64,000 nucleotides of DNA, taken from assembly GCF_006345805.1 (NCBI RefSeq), contig NC_043003.1, forward strand, positions 67,952,001-68,016,000, given 5' to 3'. Within the stretch, counting starts at the first letter, position 1. The number at the start of each line of letters is the position of its first letter. The notes beneath the pieces were generated by a model. It was not told the DNA's origin. It made no database searches and saw only the letters and a program-made list of their open reading frames with translations. The position numbers were made by a program, and so were the translations under genes. The stretch is from Octopus sinensis. Taxonomy: Eukaryota. This document shows positions 13,837-27,095 of the stretch, one piece after another.

Positions 13837-14838
13837 CAGCGCTCCGCAACTTTTTTCACTTGCGGTACAATTATGTTCTTTTAAAATACGGCGTCACACC
13901 TGAACTAGAAAGATAACTAACAGTATAGGGGAAAAATACATTCAGGTTAGCTGCGGCACACCTAGCATCATCTTCTGGCACACCAGCCTGCTGCGGCATA
14001 CCGGAATAGAACACGTGTATATAAGATATATTTTAGCCATTACACACATGTTTTTCCCACCTTGTTTTTCCTGTGTCCCTTTCTGTAGAAGAGCGTAGGC
14101 TCGAAACGTAAAAGACTTTTTCTATTCTATTCTATTATACTAATACATCTGTTTGTTTTGTACACCACCTGTCTTCGTCTTTTGTTTTTTTCGTAAACTC
14201 TCCCTATATAAGATATATATTGTGATACAATCAAATTTAGATTGTGTATCGTGGATTTTATAGCAATATGGCTATCCAACACTCAAACATAGACATTTGC
14301 AGACAATAGTTCTATAAGCTGAAAATACTACGAGAGATTAACTGAAAAAATAGGACACACATAGTATTGAAAGAGATTGAAGGATACCAGCCAGCCCAAT
14401 TAAACCAATATCTCATGCAATGAAACTATGATTAAACAATTGAACGTGTTGCTGACGATGTGCTAATGCCGGTTTATATGTTCTCAGTCATGACTATTTA
14501 ATTCTCATACGGATGGAGATTACGATATAGTCATACACTCTAAATAGTTTATGAGCTATAATATTCTACACCAAAATCAAACATACTTGCAACAGACTCT
14601 TCCAAAGTTTTACATTAAATAAAAGGGAAATCAAAATAGTACGACAAATACCATTAATCAGGGCAGAATCTACCTGTGCCTGGACTGTCAGGAAATAGTA
14701 TATAATTCGGCGGCACACTTCAACTAAGAATGTAACTAAAAGTATAGGAGGAAAATTATATCCAGGCTACACTGCGGCATACCTAGCATCGTCTCGTGAC
14801 ACACCAGTGTGCCGCAGCATACCGGATGTGGAGCACTG
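13837..14838. mobile_element. hAT-like non-autonomous element, or two partial copies
   Basis: Imperfect TIRs cagcgctccgcaac / gatgtggagcactg; 8-bp flanks gtatagaa / aaatagaa (6/8); the right-end sequence is repeated at ~13900-14015 and ~14710-14850. Confidence 0.45.
14030..14210 (+). mobile_element. PLE-type terminal repeat with variant hammerhead (14079-14114)
   Basis: cttt-CTGTAGA-a-gag cgtagg ctc-GAAAC-GTA-aaag. Confidence 0.6.
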
Positions 14839-14853
14839 AAATAGAACACGTGT

Positions 14854-15152
14854 GGCACTCGTCGTTAATTTTTCACAGCCTGCTCGTGAAATTAACGTGC
14901 AAGTGACTGAGCACTCCACAGACACGCGTACCCTTAATGTAGTCCTCGAGAACACAGAGTGTGACAAGGCTTGCCCTTCGAAATACAGGTACAACAATAA
15001 CAGGAAGAAAGATTGAGAGAAAGTTGTGGTGAAAGAGTACAGCAGGGTTCGCCACCCCCCACCCCCCTGCCGGACCTTCCTGGAGCTTTAGGTGTTTTCA
15101 CTCAATAAACACTCGCAATACCCGGTCTGGGAATCGAAACCGAGATCCTACG
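14854..15152 (-). mobile_element. tRNA-derived SINE (family A), partial
   Basis: Reverse complement similar to 37389-37778. Confidence 0.85.
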
Positions 15153-15761
15153 CCCCCACGTATATAAAGTATAGATTGTGAGACATATTTCAATCGTATT
15201 TGGTTCCAAATCTCAAGCATTATACACTGGTGCCGATATTCATGCAATAAGTACACTAGTGCCTAATTTCAAAAGAAGTCAAAACTCCGAACAATTTCGT
15301 AACTATGTATACAAGTATAAGACTTTCTAACGTTTAGAATTCCTTGGATAATTCTTGTGAATTTTCACGATCGATAGGGAGTTAAACAAAACTGATACAC
15401 AGGAATAAATTATTCAGTAAGGAATTACAACACATACAAAACGAAATTATCACACGAAAGTTTGAAAACTTAAACTTCTAGTTAAAAATTCTTTCACAAC
15501 TTACATAAATCCAATTATATTTTTTCTTAACTGAAGAGAAAATGCCTCAAAATGTTGAATCAATAATGTTGAAACAAAAGCTGATCGCAACTTATTGTTT
15601 ATTGGTAAAAATTTCTTAACGAACCAACAATTTGAGATATATAGATTTTACATTTTTACTCTCTCTTACTCTCACATTCACATTCGCTCTCTTTTCCTCT
15701 CTGTCAGCACCCACACTTCTCCCTCTGAATACATACACGCACTCACGTGTATATATATATC

Positions 15762-15847
<86 letters not shown>

Positions 15848-16300
15848 GTGTGAGAGAGAGAGAGTGTATATATATGCAGGCATACAATTGCATAAATAAT
15901 GATATCTAATTTCGAGTGTACGTTATCACCATTGGAAACAAAATTGCACATGTGAAAAAACATTTTACACTAATTTTACTGGAAATGCATTGTACCTTTT
16001 CCTTTTTGTTTTACAGTCACCCTGTTTGCCGATATAAGTCAGGAAGTACACACACATATACACAGGCACAGACAATAAATGCATGCACATACATAGTTGA
16101 TCACACATCAAAGCACTGAGACACAAAATCTCTAAAGAACCATGTAAGTATGTGCACACACGCACACACACACACACACACACACACCACACATACACAC
16201 ACACTAATAAGACAGGGATATTTTGAATGCAAAACATTTCGACATTAATCATACTTCCTTCCATCCAGTTCCTTTTCCAATTATATGTTCCACACTAGGC

Positions 16301-16678
16301 GGCACTCCGTCGGTTACGACGACGAGGGTTCCAGTTGTTCCGATAAACGGAACAACCTGCTCGTGAAATTAACGTGCAAGTGGCTAAGCACTCCACAAAC
16401 TCGTGTGCCCTTAACATAGTCCTCGCGGAAATTCGGCGTGATGTAGTGTGTGTCTATCTGCCCATTTGAAATACAGGTATAACAGAAACCGAAAGAGCGA
16501 GTGAGAAAAAGTTGTGGCGGAAGAGTACAGCAGAGTTCGCCACCAACCCCTGCAAGAGCCAAGTGGAGCTTTAGGTGTTTTTGCTCAATAAACACTCACA
16601 ACGCCCGGTCTGGAAATCGAAACCACGATCCTACGACTGAGAGTCCGCTGCCTAACCACTGGGCCATTGCACTTCCAC
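16301..16678 (-). mobile_element. tRNA-derived SINE (family A), full length, diverged
   Basis: Reverse complement similar to 37389-37778 along its length. Confidence 0.9.
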
Positions 16679-16983
16679 TATGTTCAACATAGAACCATCG
16701 TAAAAAAATCACATAGAAGCTGGGAGCAAACCTGGGAGAAATGATATCGAAGACAAATGCCTTGCTAGCTTACGTTCTGGCGTTTACATAATTTTCTTGA
16801 GAACATTCCTTTCTTAGTGGTAAGACCACAGGGGATCGACTTCTAGCATATCGGATGTCCACTTAGTATTCATCCCTCTTGTATGTATAATTTCTATAAA
16901 TTTTCAGATTTTTTTAGACCACTGGTTTTAAATTGATATTAATTCAAATACTATTCAATTTTTCACCCTTATTATTTTTAATT

Positions 16984-17018
<35 letters not shown>

Positions 17019-17024
<6 letters not shown>

Positions 17025-17225
17025 AGATTGAAAACGCCACTATATAAGATAAATTTTAATTTTCTTAGAAATGTTACGTTTCAGTTCTTCTTGAAAAAAC
17101 GAACCTTATCAAAATATTTTAAAATGTTAAGTGTAATAAAAAAGTTCATAATTGTTTCTTACTGGTCTCAACAGAATCCACGTTGTGGATTTTTGTGGGG
17201 AGTAAGCATACCATAATAGATGTCT

Positions 17226-17305
<80 letters not shown>

Positions 17306-17311
17306 GTGTGT

Positions 17312-17343
<32 letters not shown>

Positions 17344-17446
17344 CTTTATTTAAAGCAGCAGAAAATTCAACAAAACCTGTTACTCTGAGTTTCCCGTTGC
17401 CGTTCATATATACACATATTCTTTTATTCTTTTTTCTTTAACTTGT

Positions 17447-17477
<31 letters not shown>

Positions 17478-17702
17478 TATATATATTATATATATAAAAG
17501 AAGATTGAAAACGCCACTATATAAGATAAATTTTAATTTTCTTAGAAATGTTACGTTTCAGTTCTTCTTGAAAAAACGAACCTTATCAAAATATTTTAAA
17601 ATGTTAAGTGTAATAAAAAAGTTCATAATTGTTTCTTACTGGTCTCAACAGAATCCACGTTGTGGATTTTTGTGGGGAGTAAGCATACCATAATAGATCT
17701 CT

Positions 17703-17759
<57 letters not shown>

Positions 17760-17761
17760 TA

Positions 17762-17818
<57 letters not shown>

Positions 17819-17925
17819 CTTTATTTAAAGCAGCAGAAAATTCAACAAAACCTGTTACTCTGAGTTTCCCGTTGCCGTTCATATATACACATATTCTTTT
17901 ATTCTTTTTTCTTTAACTTGTTATA
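17019..17925. repeat. Tandem duplication of a ~477-bp unit bounded by (TA)n (17019-17452, 17496-17925)
   Basis: Near-identical copies; identical ORF translations at 16983 and 17505. Confidence 0.95.
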
Positions 17926-18383
17926 TATATATATATCTGAATGTTTCGTTTCACATCTTTTTCCCAACAACGAGTTAACAAGAGTCTATATACATCTGCA
18001 GCATATAAAAATCTATAGGCTTCTGGCCGACATGCGTGATATGCCGTCAATATTGCGTAAGTGAAATAAATAGTTGAAGATATATGTATATACAGAAGTA
18101 GACGAAGACGACTTCTTGAAACGTTGAAGCGACTGCTGGAATGGGTGAAATTGGCAGCAACACTCGATTGATGCAGACGTCCATTTATGTAGAGTGGATT
18201 AAAGATCAATGATACGCTTTCATGAAGAAGTGAATGCAGATATTATGATCAGGCGCTAAGCACCGTAATCCTGCAGGCGCAGCCACAGAAATGACAAGTA
18301 GATGACGCATATCTGAATATAAATATACATACATACATACACACACATATATATATGTATATAGAAACTCACACATGCATACA

Positions 18384-18445
<62 letters not shown>

Positions 18446-18447
18446 AA

Positions 18448-18491
<44 letters not shown>

Positions 18492-19331
18492 ATGAAATGG
18501 ATAAATGAATTATCTTGTTACGGATTATTCAAAATTTAACCGATACCTGTGTAGCAAAAATCACACCAGAAAAGACACGGTTGGGCTTACGACCATGGGG
18601 TTTCGCCCCCGTGCTTTAGCGCGGATAATTGAAGTTTTATATATTCACCTAGTGAACGGGATTTTGCAACACTCTTTCAGATGTCCCCACTGGAGGCGAC
18701 TGACATTTCTTGCATACAATTGAAGCCTAAGATAATTAACACCTTGATGTCATAAGAAAAGGAAAAAAAATTGTTTGGAAGAAATTTGGAAAAAATTTTG
18801 AATTAAATTTGAAAGGGGAAATTACTCCCCTTTTAGCGTATGTTCTGCTACTTTTTTTAGAAACAATATCAGGGATTATACTCCCCTGTTTTTCGACAAG
18901 TCATCTGTATATAAACTGGTCATAGACGAACACACAGACACAGAATTTTATCAGCCGCTTGACCAGCAATGCCTACAATACAATATATTTTCTCTCTAGC
19001 TGCTTCCTAACATACTGCCACACATACATAGGCGAATACACACACACATACATGTAGGTAGTTCCTCACACCCAAATAAGACAATTTGAACATTAACACT
19101 AGTTATACAGAATATATTCACACTCTTTGGGTTTTCTGTGATTCTTCCCCTACCTGATTTGACCGTGGTTTGACCTAGGTTTATTCCAACGGATTTTTTC
19201 GTCGGCCTTCACCCACTCTGACGTCAGCGCATATTGAGAGACAGTTTTGTGCCATTTTTACCATTGGCTCCTAGGGAGCGTGTTGTTCGAAAAGCTTGCT
19301 GCGCATTTGTTTTGAGATTTTAAATTCCTGG

Positions 19332-19417
19332 ATTTTCCTGAAGAGAAAGCTGCAGAATGGTCTCCTTATTCAATCCGAATTTGGGAATTTGCAGCCTTTG
19401 AAACATGTGTAGAAAAT
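19332..19417 (+). ncRNA. Type I hammerhead ribozyme motif with extended stem II
   Basis: Stem I attttc/gaaaat; core CTGAAGA (19338-44) and GAAA (19400-03); stem II gaaagctgcaga/tttgcagccttt (one mismatch); stem III AC-atgt-GT; cleavage triplet GTA ending 19411. Confidence 0.75.
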
Positions 19418-19465
19418 AATAAAAAGGAATTTTGTAGAATCTTCGTTCGGCTCCATTTCTTCCCT

Positions 19466-19500
<35 letters not shown>

Positions 19501-19539
19501 AGAGAGAGAGAGAGAGAGAGAGAGATGTATATATATATA

Positions 19540-19581
<42 letters not shown>

Positions 19582-22500
19582 TTTATGCTAGAGGGAGCAA
19601 CGGATTTCTTTTTAGTGTGTGGGTGCATGTGTATGCTTTTGTGTGTATATAGTTCTCTCTGAGTGCAAGACTCCATGAATTGAATCCAGTCACATTTTTC
19701 GGTTTTAAGCAATGAAAATAATGTTCATGATCCGATATAGCCAAAAATGTGGGCCACAGGAATAAGTAGAATAGCGTATTTTGTTTCGTTCTCATATATA
19801 GTACCAAAAGTATTAATGAAAATATACATCTAGGAAGTCACCTAGTCTCCTCTACACAATTTGACCCCCTTATGCCAAGGTCAATTGTTCGTCTCATCTC
19901 TCAACGGCTGTTTACATTAGTGTCTATAAAACATTGCAACGTAGGTGCAAGATGTGAAAAAAGAACAACAAAAGTAACTAGCATCGCAACACTAAAATTC
20001 AATATATTCTAATCGTTTATTGCAACACGATATTTACCATGAACTTTCTGTTTGTTGATCAGACACTTCAATCCGAAAGCAATAAATAATGTCTACTGGA
20101 ATAATGTTACTAAAACATAAGTCGATTAATAATGTAATACCTTTGCCCATTAAGTTTTATATATTTTCGTTATGTTGTAAAAATTGAATTATATATTTTC
20201 CATTAACTTGTAAAATATTTCTCTTGACATTATTTTCTCTAACGTACGCCGTTATAGGAAAATTTAAAGAGCGAAATAAAGTATAAAATAAAGGTAGTGA
20301 GTTTTGTTCGTGTTATTGGCTTCAACTTCGTTCATGCCAGAGTAGATTATATAACTGACAAAGTGTAACATGTGCAACTAGATTCGCAATTCAACAATGG
20401 CTCCTTCTTGCTCAAAGGAACGAATGTTTTTGTTCACGTTTTATTGTGGCTCGATGTCAGTTATTCTAAACTAAGCTTAGAGAACACTGTTCCCTTTTAC
20501 CTATAGAGGTATCTATTTCACATGAGCTGATCAATAGATCTCTGCTAAGCGTATGCCCAAATGTTTCATCGTTTACGATGATATGACCTGAAATACTTCC
20601 TAAGTTTTTAGAGCCATTTCTGTTTATCGGGCTTAAATTTATAACTGAATAATTGTGTGATGCTAGGGTAGCTTCCTATTTTTCATAAAAGACACCAAAC
20701 CAGTTAAAACAAGAAAAACAGCAATCAAAAGCTGTTTCGCTTCGGTTGAGCTCTTCATGAAATATGATCTGTTTGAGCAATTACTTGTGATTCGTAGTAA
20801 ACAAATATTTAGGTTTTATATGATTGCCGGTGAGAGTAATATGCATAACGATACGAAATATTTTGGAATATATTGTAGTTTCAATTTTGTGAGGAGATTG
20901 ATTCTATTTAAAACATAAAATTACATAAGGAGGTAAATAATCGGCTTACGTCATAATAAACAACATATATTCATTTCTTGTATTCAGTCATTCTTAAAAT
21001 AGTTCAACGAATTTATTTCTATGAGCCTCGAAAAGTCAAATGCACTTTGTGTGTATGGCAATATCTTTGAATATGCACGCAAATACCTCTGTTTAATATG
21101 ATACGCATATCTCACGAAAAATATGGTGTCACAGGTGTTCAATACGGGGATGGAATTAAATTTTTAGGGGCTCATATTAACACAAAATTTGACAAAACGT
21201 ATTAGATAATTGTACACATTGAAACGTAATATTTGCTGATGACATAATATCTGCCCGTGCCTTTGAAGGTATTTTTAAATTGTAACGTAGAAATTTGATA
21301 GTATTTAAGCATTCACATTGATGCAGGTAATCGCATAGTTGCCCCGAACTTTTGGAACGTCTCTAAACGAGACTTTATTTTTATGAATCACTTCACTTAT
21401 TATTTCTGACAATGAAAATCAGTGAAAATGAGTGCTAATGCATTTATACAATAACAGGGGAGTATTCATTTTCTTTTCAGCGAGCGGAAATCAGTGGTGA
21501 TGGTCTGTGTGTTCTGGAGGAATGTCTATGTGTGTAAAACATATCTGACAAAAAACTTGTTCTTATGAAACATTTCACTGAATATTTCTGATGATGCAAA
21601 ATTGTGAAAATACATTGTAGAGAAGAGAAAATCAATTATTATTGTTTGATTCTTCGTCCCTCGAGGCAAATTATAGAGAATTATTTGATACAGGTTCAGA
21701 GTATTGAGATTAATTTATTAATTTTTGTATCTCATTTCGTTTAGCATTTGTTCGGGACAATAATGCGATGGCATTTCATTAGAATTGCGTTCTGCCATTT
21801 TACACAGGTTCAAGTAATTTCAGAGATTTCTATTTGATATAATTTTATTCAAATTCCATTAGAATTTCAATTATCAGATCAATATTTGAACAAAAAATGC
21901 TTTTTTTTTTGATGATATGGTGATATCTAATGGGAAATCTGGATATGATAAGGTTGACTGCATTATAAAAAATTTAGTTGAAATATGTCAACATTCATTC
22001 TATAAACTGTTTCAGAAATAGATTATGTGGTCGTTCCACTGACGTTTATATTTTGAGTTTTATATTACTCGTTAAAATGATGAATTATTTGTTGCTTCTT
22101 TGAAGAAAATTCAAAATATTTTAATTGAATACAATACAAATGATTTTAAAATACTTACGACTTTTCTAATTCTTAAAGCGAATAACGAATTGCTTCAGTT
22201 CTATTGAAATATTAACTGTCAAATTTGAAGATGCAAGATAATTCTTTGTAGGCATATTTTGTATTGGTTATCAAGCAAAAATAACCTCATATGTTATAAA
22301 TAATGAATATATTTCTGAGAGGAATATTATTTAATAATGCGTAAGTTATCTTTTCTTAATTTTTCCTACAACCCCAGCTGCTTGAATTGAAGTAATAAAC
22401 AATAATTAAATATATTTCGTCTAGATAATTTGCAAAGTTTCGAGTTTAAAAGCCTCCGGTGCTGATTATTATTGCATATATGTGATTTTGTCATATTAAA

Positions 22501-22904
22501 AAAATACTATACAAAATGAATACATCTCAGTTTAATATACTTCAGAAATCTTTATGCGAATTTGTCGCTGTGGTGGAAAAGAAACTAACTTAATTGGAAA
22601 TTCATCTGATACTTTTTCCTTTATATAGAAGAGTCTATATTCAAGAATTTAACAATGTCGAACGACAAACGAAATCTTTCTATTCAAAAATCTGATGGTA
22701 TATGTAGTATGCTACGGGTTATAGAGACCAAATCTTATGAAGGACTGATATCAGTGTGGTATCTACAGAAAATCTAAAAATATATACTGGGTATCGAAAA
22801 GATGTTAACGTATGTGAAATTTATAAGTCGTTTAGCAGTGTACGATAAATAATCTAACTTCATCTTCATATAGAATAATACCTACTAAATGTCTCTCTCT
22901 TTAC

Positions 22905-23130
22905 TCTTTTACTCTTTTACTCTTTTTCTTGCTTCAGTTATTTGACTGCGGCCATGCTGGAGCACCTCCTTTAGTCAAGCCAATCGACCCCAGGACTTAT
23001 TCTTTGTAAGCCCAGGACTTATTTTATCGGTCTCTTTTGCCGAACTGCTAAGTGATGGCGACGTAAACAAACCAGCGTCGGTTGTCAAGCAATACTAGGG
23101 GGACAAACACAGACACACAAACATACACAC
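22905..23130 (+). mobile_element. SINE-like repeat (family E)
   Basis: 'tgactgcggccatgctggagcacc...ggttgtcaagc...gggggacaaacacagac'; several copies in the window. Confidence 0.8.
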
Positions 23131-23175
23131 ACACATATATATATACATATATACGACACATACACATACATATAT

Positions 23176-23342
23176 ATATACATATATACGACAGGCTTCT
23201 TTCAGTTTCCGTCTACCAAATCCACTCACAAGGCTGTAGTCGGCCCGAGGCTATAGTAGAAGACACTTGCCAAATGTGCCACGCAGTGTGACTGAACCCG
23301 GAACCATGTGGTTGGTAAGCAAGCTACTTACCACACAGCCAC
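23176..23342 (-). mobile_element. tRNA-derived SINE (family D)
   Basis: Reverse complement of 44668-44830. Confidence 0.85.
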
Positions 23343-23779
23343 ACTTTCATCGTCATTTTTTAACCAACGCAGTAAACTCATTAAAGATATATCTACATGG
23401 GGATAATTTTCGTATATGAGCTGAGTTTCAGCAAATAGCTCTTCTGTATGATACAAGTGATATCTCTGTTTTGGGGGAATTATACTTGATCTTAGTATTT
23501 CGCGAGTTTACATTATGCGACATCTAACCTATTAGAGCATTTGTTTTTCTCGGTGGTAATAGATGTGATACAGTAATGATGTCTGAGTACCCAAATCTAC
23601 ACCATCGGCCATCTTATCTAACAATCCCACTATAAAAGTTAATAAACTATTACAAGCGGGAGAATGTTGAGACCCGATTGTATATGTGAGTTACATTTTT
23701 TCTACAACAATGCTGATTATTCATCAATAAGTGTGTATGTATTCGTGTGTGTGTGTGCGTGTCGTGTATGTGTATGTAA

Positions 23780-23858
<79 letters not shown>

Positions 23859-24689
23859 TGTGTGTAATTCAAATTATAAGATTTCTTACTAAATCAAATC
23901 AGAACAACATTAACCCTCCGAAAATTGAGTTCGCCCCCAGAAGTCTTTAAATATTGAAGATAAAATTCTTCACCAGACACCTTCGCTTGGATTCGAATGA
24001 CCTCATTATTTCTTGAACTATATTATATATAAACCAATTATAACCAGATCTGATGTTACCTGATATTATGGACAGAGTTGACTTTGAAAAACAAGTTTGT
24101 CTCTTACTAAATAATACTTGAAACTGACAGTAAATATTCTGAGATAATTACACTTGTTTCTTGTCCGAAGTGACGGATTTCTGAAGTAGCAGCGAGCAGT
24201 TTTTTTTATTAAACACTTATATCGATCACAGTGCTTCTACAACTCTTGACTTATATAATACTTAGTGTTTCACGTAAGCATGGATTTTTGCTCACGGAAT
24301 TGTAGGAAAAATCTATGCTTACGTGAAACACAAATGAATCTTATCTATGATGGATATATATCTTTTATTCTTAAATTGAAGGGTTTTTGGTTGAACAAAT
24401 CGGCCCCAGGACTTATATATAAGTATAGCACTTTTTGTATTGATCTCTATTATGAAGCTCTTTAGAATTGGCGTTAAACAAATGAACACCGTTTGTGAAG
24501 CAGTGTGGGCGATCACAGAAACAAAGACATATAAGGATATACATATACACATGTACACACATGCACACACACATATGTATATAGATATACATATATAAAC
24601 ATATTTATATTTTTTACATATATATATACATATGTACATACATATATACATACATATATATACGTATGTATGTATGTGTTTGTGTGTCT

Positions 24690-24880
24690 ATGTTTGTCCT
24701 CCACCATCGCTTGACATCCGATGATGGCGTGTCTATCTCCCCGTTACATAGCGGTTTGGCAAAAAAGACTGATAGAGTCAGTACTAGGTTTACAAAGAAC
24801 AAGTCCTGGCGTCAATTTGTTCGACTAAAGATGGTGCTCCCGCATGGCCGCTGTCAAACGACTGTAAGAAATAAAGGTAT
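24690..24880 (-). mobile_element. SINE-like repeat (family E), diverged
   Basis: Reverse complement similar to 22905-23130. Confidence 0.7.
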
Positions 24881-25349
24881 AAAAGAATAGAATATATATA
24901 TATGCAACGAGATATTACGTAGTTTCTGTTTCTCAAATTCTCTCATAAGATATTCGTCAACTGGCATTATATCAGAAAACATTTGACCATGGTGCCGCAC
25001 GTTGGGACTGAACCCGGCACCACAGCATTGTAAAGTGAGCTTCATAACAACCCACCGGAAAGCACTTGCAAATAGGTTTTTATCTTATGAATACGGGAAA
25101 TATTTAACTTGTGTGTCAATGTTTAGCATATTTCGCCGATATACAAACGCCGAAATACTGTGTTATATCTAAAAATTCAAAGTATATATTAACGTCCATA
25201 GAAACTGTGCAGCAAATCATTACGCAAGCCGTTCAATCCCTTTAAAATTATATCAAATCAACGACTGGTTGTAAGACATTCGACATACTATAACACGTAC
25301 TGAAACAGTGCCCCTTATTCCGTGTAATCAAAATTTACTGGTGTTTCAT

Positions 25350-26000
25350 TTTATCTGGGATAAAATTAAAGTTTGCTGGCGGATCTCCTGAAGATAATCC
25401 ATTTAATATCATACTGAAATGTTTTACAAACATAAGTTTTTCAATCCCTGATTCGAAAAAGAATTATCCTTTACTTTTATGCTCTGCTATGAAACAAAGA
25501 ACCTTCATCTTCACGAAATTATTTTCCATCTTGTCCTTCCATTCATTTTTTGCGTTCTTCAGACAGCTCTCTAATGTATTAACAACAGCAGTATCGTGGA
25601 AGGGGATTTATTTCAGATTACTTTCTAGGGGTTTTTCTGTATCTCATCTAATGATAACAATCTCAAAGTTACAAGGAAAATATAAACTGACCCAGCATTT
25701 GCCCTGAAAAGAAATATGCGTCCATCACTGGCATTTATTTCACCAGATGAAGTTAAAGATGCCTTTGTGACCATGCAAGAGGTTATGTCATATGTGACTG
25801 ATAGTATCATAGCCTTCTTCGAATGGACAAGGGTGACGTGAAAAGCTGTGTTTCAACTTTCTCTCTTAACATGTAGAATTTATAGTTTCTATTCGTTGAT
25901 TTGAACCAACCACTGCTAAAAGGGTAGCAAAGCTATAATGAAGCCCATATTACTTCATTCCATCCAAATTTGTGGACATGTTTTTGAATGTTGACGTGTG
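25350..26000 (+). pseudogene. Mutator-like (MULE) transposase remnant
   Basis: Frameshifted pieces FYALL*NK, KLQGKYK/TDPAFALK.NM.PSLAFISPDEVKDAF and HPNLWT resemble MULE motifs (YALLP.K; Y..D..FAL..RML.ALAF.P..EV..AF; HPN.W.F). Confidence 0.6.
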
Positions 26001-26740
26001 GGTACAATGCCTGCACAATATCGAGTAAGCACGATTAAAGAATTAAAATCGCATAAGTCGCAGCAGACGTGCAAAAGTCACCGTTCGGTGGATATTTTGG
26101 GATGCACAGTCAGAATGTGCAATTTTTGTGATATGAATTATTGGATAAGAGATAAAACATGAAATTTTAGATCAATTATTTTAACTATTAATTATTCAGC
26201 TATTAATTATTTCAATTATTAATTTCGCATAGATTAAGTATTGTAATTTTTAATTAATGCAATTGTTTATGGGAAACAATTAGAAATTTAATTGTTATAA
26301 TTATAGAGGTATAACAAAATAAATGTTATTTTGGCTTAATTTTTTTTTTTAGTCGCTATTAGTTGAAACATGAAAATAAAAATCTAAATTATTATATCAA
26401 ACATCATTTCAAAAGTCACAGCTATGATTCTGAAACAGTTTGCTTTATATAGGGACATTTTCCAGGTGGTGATCATAGAAAGTAATTTGTCCTACGGATA
26501 AAATTCTGCGGAGATGAGATTTTCAAAACAATTATTCGAATATCACCAAAATAAAATTCCTGCAATCCAAGCGACAACAATGAGAATGCTTACTTGGCAG
26601 CACTATACTTAGGTATACAATCTACTAAATATAGCTGCAAACCTACCCCCAAACCAAAGCCTACCATCATAAAAAGGATATATTAGAAATCTTCCACTAA
26701 TATGACGAAACGTGTATGCATATATGTATGTATGCATGTA

Positions 26741-26821
<81 letters not shown>

Positions 26822-26872
26822 ATATCTATCTATCTGTGTGTCTGTCTGTCTTTCTGTCTGTCTGTCTATCTA

Positions 26873-26960
26873 TCGACCCCAGTGCGCAACTGGTACTTAA
26901 TTTATCGAGCCCGAAAGGATGAAAGGCAAAGTCGACCTCGGCGGAATTTGAACACAGAAC
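26873..26960 (-). mobile_element. SINE (family C) fragment
   Basis: 'gaaaggatgaaaggcaaagtcgacctcggcggaatttgaac' is the reverse complement of the family C core. Confidence 0.75.
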
Positions 26961-26992
<32 letters not shown>

Positions 26993-27062
26993 GTATAGTC
27001 ACACATACACTTAGCGATGCATACGTGCATACATATGCGCATGTAGATACACCATGCATATA

Positions 27063-27095
<33 letters not shown>

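Noticed and set aside
21481-21540. Strong plus-strand acceptor followed by RAEISGDGLCVLEECLCV*
   Set aside because: Short, no recognisable homology and no supported upstream exon; the candidate at 8161-8266 is equally weak.
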